Of a stretch of DNA of 48,896 nt, positions 47,501-48,896 are shown in pieces. The stretch covers positions 1-48,896 of the forward strand of contig NKIB01013984.1 of assembly GCA_002256025.1 (NCBI GenBank). Reading direction: 5' to 3'. Position 1 is the first letter of the stretch; the number at the start of each line of letters is the position of its first letter. The notes beneath the pieces were generated by a model, which ran no database searches, had not been told where the DNA came from, and worked only from the letters and a program-made list of their open reading frames with translations. A program made the translations under genes and the position numbers. The DNA is from Asterionella formosa. Lineage: Eukaryota.

Positions 47501-48429
47501 AGAATGTCAAGACTTCCGAGGAGCTGTTGCGTGGTCTCGCTGTTCATGAATATTCATTCTACACTGTGACGGATTTTAGCAAATCAATGTCGTACGTCGA
47601 CAGTCAAGATGATGCACTGTCTGATCTAGTTCAAATTGCTTTGTCTACTACCTGGTATCATTTCCACGGGCTCATTCAAGGATCGCTAAATAATGCCGAC
47701 TTTGATCCTCAGGCACTTTGCTGGTCCCTCGATATTCTGAAACACGCAATCTGCGCAACAATACTTTTAGACATGCAGCTAGAACGAAAAGCCTTTCTCA
47801 CACAACTCGCTCGTGTCAAGGAACTTTCCAAGTTCGAGCGAAGTGGCATACGTACTCAGGATCAGTCGTTCATGGGAGAAGATTGGTATCGAGAACTGGA
47901 GGTAGCTCTTAGCAATCCTGATTTTGAACAAGGCAACGTGGATTCCATTTCTCAAATCCACAACCTTTTTGACAGTCTTTATGACTTGCTAAACCAAGAC
48001 ACGCGTCTGAAGAAGGAAATGGGTTCCGTAGTTCGACGCATTCGTGAGGGCCAGTTCCTCCTGAACGACCCAAAGCGTTACTTTATAAGGGAAGGCGATT
48101 TGACGAAGAAAGGATCCAAGCTTGGTCGTAGTACCACGTATCACTTTTTTCTTTTTTCTGACTTGTTAGTGTATACCAAGCCATTATCTACACACAACGA
48201 GTACAAGATTCTTGATGAATTCCCGCTCTACATGACGAAGATTGTCGATTGGTTTCCACCCAACAAACCCAAGCTGAAAATGGCATTTTCTATTCATCAC
48301 CCTCGAAAGTCTTTGCTTGTCTACTGTAACAGTGAGCAAGAGAAGCGAGAGTGGGTGAGATCTATCCAAAACGCCATTCTCTCTCAATGCCAATGGTTGT
48401 CAAATGTTGACCCAAATGTTCGGCGGTAG
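41551..48429 (+). CDS. ARF guanine-nucleotide exchange factor: MABP-like domain + HUS/Sec7 + C-terminal PH domain
   Basis: 2292-aa ORF. MABP-like triple repeat at ~43354-43890 (ITDILV..PPKGY, VTALAVIF..VPPGF..ANLNYGS..VFLCYRR, PITGI..IPDGY). HUS-box-like FLNYD at 46117-46131. Sec7 motifs LGEYLGE, FRLPGEAQRIDR (47047-) and FAIIMLNTD. PH at ~48080-48385 (FIREGDLTK..FFLFSDLLVY..EKREWV). Confidence 0.92.
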   Translation: MTTSHVWLADRLEHYHDDDEDDYSPVADPLSCDGLELQEDDDDDDDAMESDENLKPQENLKLVAMAATCNAAQYGPGLHHVADPVVLHEADEKEESLGAEESLGAEESLGAEESLGAEESLGADNDLKHTGTGELQGPADGGTADMESQYDADAGHTKKDTDLGFESALAIVQSILEQITLNDSPPMNEGMPFSPSKGPATHNTLGTSHRSDRQKASRQQHAMSPCNAGEIQCKPSLSPTENSASGSESASLLSSIGWFGQPSTEETNETALLYQGQYQKSQSRAEMKMGNVALTTLCHCTLSSLTTCDLIPQGKHQEYLQEVTRDENNKPNLTIETENPESPGKRQASPTKWILKKLVFPEKKSLPSPPQTSPKTMANSWPVNSWRARNKVNSKSPSHPDPPGYVINSGIDHDKDMGGLQWEMQEALQSDDELMENSNLPTPRNHGGIDWDDCNISIENHYRDHQLQDTLTHSQSEENIIEEPEKDIVNDLHSHFAHPEPYSPRYTSPSHSHFHLITAPSNQPRLQMFGSEYARFLSSTALAPDHLQPNLKTLKGQRQPTWKRSGQPRNRQYRSIGSDHTLRLNSKTLNIEDADNAVLTGAITDILVTHGTEQPPKGYYRISQTADGDDFNALLRNTPTRITSGKTTQVHINVKKEANWDRAVQRPCVTALAVIFPDRKEFVPPGFCVVRRFGKVDDESSKSSTISSANLNYGSSGERVFLCYRRSREGNPITGILPLQPSYREFIPDGYTVLERTPRNHVANINSKAGEPVFLAFRQRLASLEPLRPLPLLLSVYHDVMMRSTPEEGASPENSKSRLKTLFRRSRLQAYYCTGGTVVGSEVGRFHIMDRSTHPLLSPSSVSNRLSLIEASRQKASAGIPKVITPKYISRNEHASSDFSHSQSSNAYSQQESTFGDYFESSQSFTSELGLAGDAWASIVGGSPASFSTTSDFLSKMRTNTSVSDGNSNTSFESFDHNTLSVSTFSQSSELCENKLNYSSPPIQKRRSTSLKSYFATDDLVLKMCVAVVSFIPSVTSSNGSTKELEARAALLTPILTCCYTHHGGASLIAIDGLTKLLKETDFFLHDVGIDRSNEKLTLLDIAIQAVCDVATSTSRETSFGSCIEFVQHAILLARGQLNTRTIGYVLRFYLFIFYFGASVPTSSSAPNPLWTSYDRNGQKGRSVIASDDVPILFDTLNEIGTKQYFPGGAPQAAVLALKEMVTSVLGRISALSIQKASHISNSTDQILMEQTSADDLGSFINGIVSQLIDSAANRLDLANFNQLAIHQIHRSGGSELFWYDMMTSCGSGLFGNMKALPDELRNVFIMNFAQLANLVKVSSGKVRKISTAGLFVSRDIVSKMMSLELLLHFLDRLEFEATIVRRDNESNKGVITTAIQTLVFSVRRLVVPCIIGNTTCGLQDSRIFRRMVQLISKLWRTPLFRREMKMELGVLIEHFGLKLLQLGPQLLPPHRMSELNPHAIEPTTEKQNFGDISDPLYLQQIDMLFEIQSWFKDDCQDLTLMFLNYDTNISNSFEGPSQLMPGTQWKLCQQLCSAICSLAHKSSDFIAMQIKDSNSNSGTISPSKKSPTKEAQMQVEDAFAKGEIETETLHLRARQIQKHAMETAGEIMKAYATAAAKSQGNRTKATFLREEYEGPCTETGFASDSPPGEQGDNGILTYWQNSIAARKFTPPAPKSQKLARILRDRSSEMLHANVDSQEFVQECYKDRSQQKNTERSLQVAFAISQKQSLKKAVDYLVVENVLSPSPRDIAAFLRIHHAKFDPTMLGEYLGEGGLQAEEEHWNLIRFHYVRAISFVGLNAEQGLRHFLTNCGFRLPGEAQRIDRIITTFSQCYWEDNAGDHTRCPFTDQDVVFLISFAIIMLNTDIHKRYPSHMKIAKSRKKRKVMTKTEFINNLRGVDNNEELSHEYIGLIYDSIEASPIELFDDKLELGNPIDSTSCRLAPMCSAKASGKQDLACMLKAMLKNVKTSEELLRGLAVHEYSFYTVTDFSKSMSYVDSQDDALSDLVQIALSTTWYHFHGLIQGSLNNADFDPQALCWSLDILKHAICATILLDMQLERKAFLTQLARVKELSKFERSGIRTQDQSFMGEDWYRELEVALSNPDFEQGNVDSISQIHNLFDSLYDLLNQDTRLKKEMGSVVRRIREGQFLLNDPKRYFIREGDLTKKGSKLGRSTTYHFFLFSDLLVYTKPLSTHNEYKILDEFPLYMTKIVDWFPPNKPKLKMAFSIHHPRKSLLVYCNSEQEKREWVRSIQNAILSQCQWLSNVDPNVRR
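41830..41919 (+). repeat. coding minisatellite, 5 x 18 bp (EESLGA)
   Basis: gaagaatctct(a/t)ggagct, five copies. Confidence 0.95.
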
Positions 48430-48715
48430 AAGGGGAAAGCGTCAGCTGCACCGCCCTGACCTGAAATCAAAAATTTACCAACATTTCTATAACTGAAATA
48501 TGGGATTCATGTGTTCATACAAGTACCAGTACCTGGTACTTTGCTGAAAGTGAGTTCAGACTCATTTGCTCGTATACACTAAAATAATAAGTACCTATGG
48601 CTGGAATCATGCTCAGTATGATAGATAATTAGCATAGGGAATATTTTATGGATAAATATATTCATGCATGACTTTACGTAATATTGACAAGCATATAACA
48701 ACATCAGCGATCGCT

Positions 48716-48895
48716 TTATTCATCTACATTCATTACAAACTTGTAATCGAAGTCCAAGGCACATCGATGTGTCTTCATCTTCTTTATAAGGTTGTCGATT
48801 TCGACAGGGCCATGCTTGGAGCGCTGCTGTTGTAGTTCTGGTTCAAATAAGCCAGAATCAAGAGCATGGTAAGCCAACATGTACTGGCGAGCTCG
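48716..48895 (-). CDS. 3' end of a probable DDE transposase (partial, runs off the window)
   Basis: Manual translation RARQYMLAYHALDSG...IDNLIKKMKTHRCALDFDYKFVMNVDE*. The RARxYxxAY...K(T/S)HR tail is reminiscent of IS630/Tc1-related eukaryotic transposases. Confidence 0.55.
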   Translation of the reverse strand, partial: RARQYMLAYHALDSGLFEPELQQQRSKHGPVEIDNLIKKMKTHRCALDFDYKFVMNVDE

Positions 48896-48896
48896 T

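Noticed and set aside
42498..48393. Many short antisense or alternate-frame ORFs inside long genes (also within 2863-4950, 12037-14889 and 18327-20103)
   Set aside because: Shadow ORFs of well-supported coding frames with no motifs of their own.

Overview
Eukaryotic genomic DNA, most likely a diatom. This is inferred from short GT-AG introns (90-135 nt), signal+transit-like leaders on several proteins, and the transposon families present. The window has three zones. (1) 1-23 kb is gene-dense: an NAA10/ARD1-like acetyltransferase, an NSF-D1-like AAA ATPase, TMCO1, an ankyrin-like protein, SmE, an RNASEK-like two-TM protein, a coiled-coil/MORN protein, a leader-bearing protein with a C-terminal CRTC thioredoxin domain, and an alpha/beta hydrolase. 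The intergenic spacers are dense in a palindromic GGTACC/TACC(A/T)GGTA motif. (2) ~23.5-41.3 kb is a block of decayed transposons: a Harbinger with a DUF6818-like partner gene, a piggyBac fragment, a non-LTR RT fragment, a ~9 kb putative element with a Plavaka-like transposase and unknown cargo ORFs, and several tandem arrays including ~4x304 bp followed by telomere-like repeats. (3) 41.5-48.4 kb is a 2292-aa intronless ORF with an unusual MABP + HUS/Sec7 + PH architecture, followed by the 3' end of a probable transposase. I recognised no tRNA, rRNA or CRISPR array. All family calls are by eye; no searches were run.
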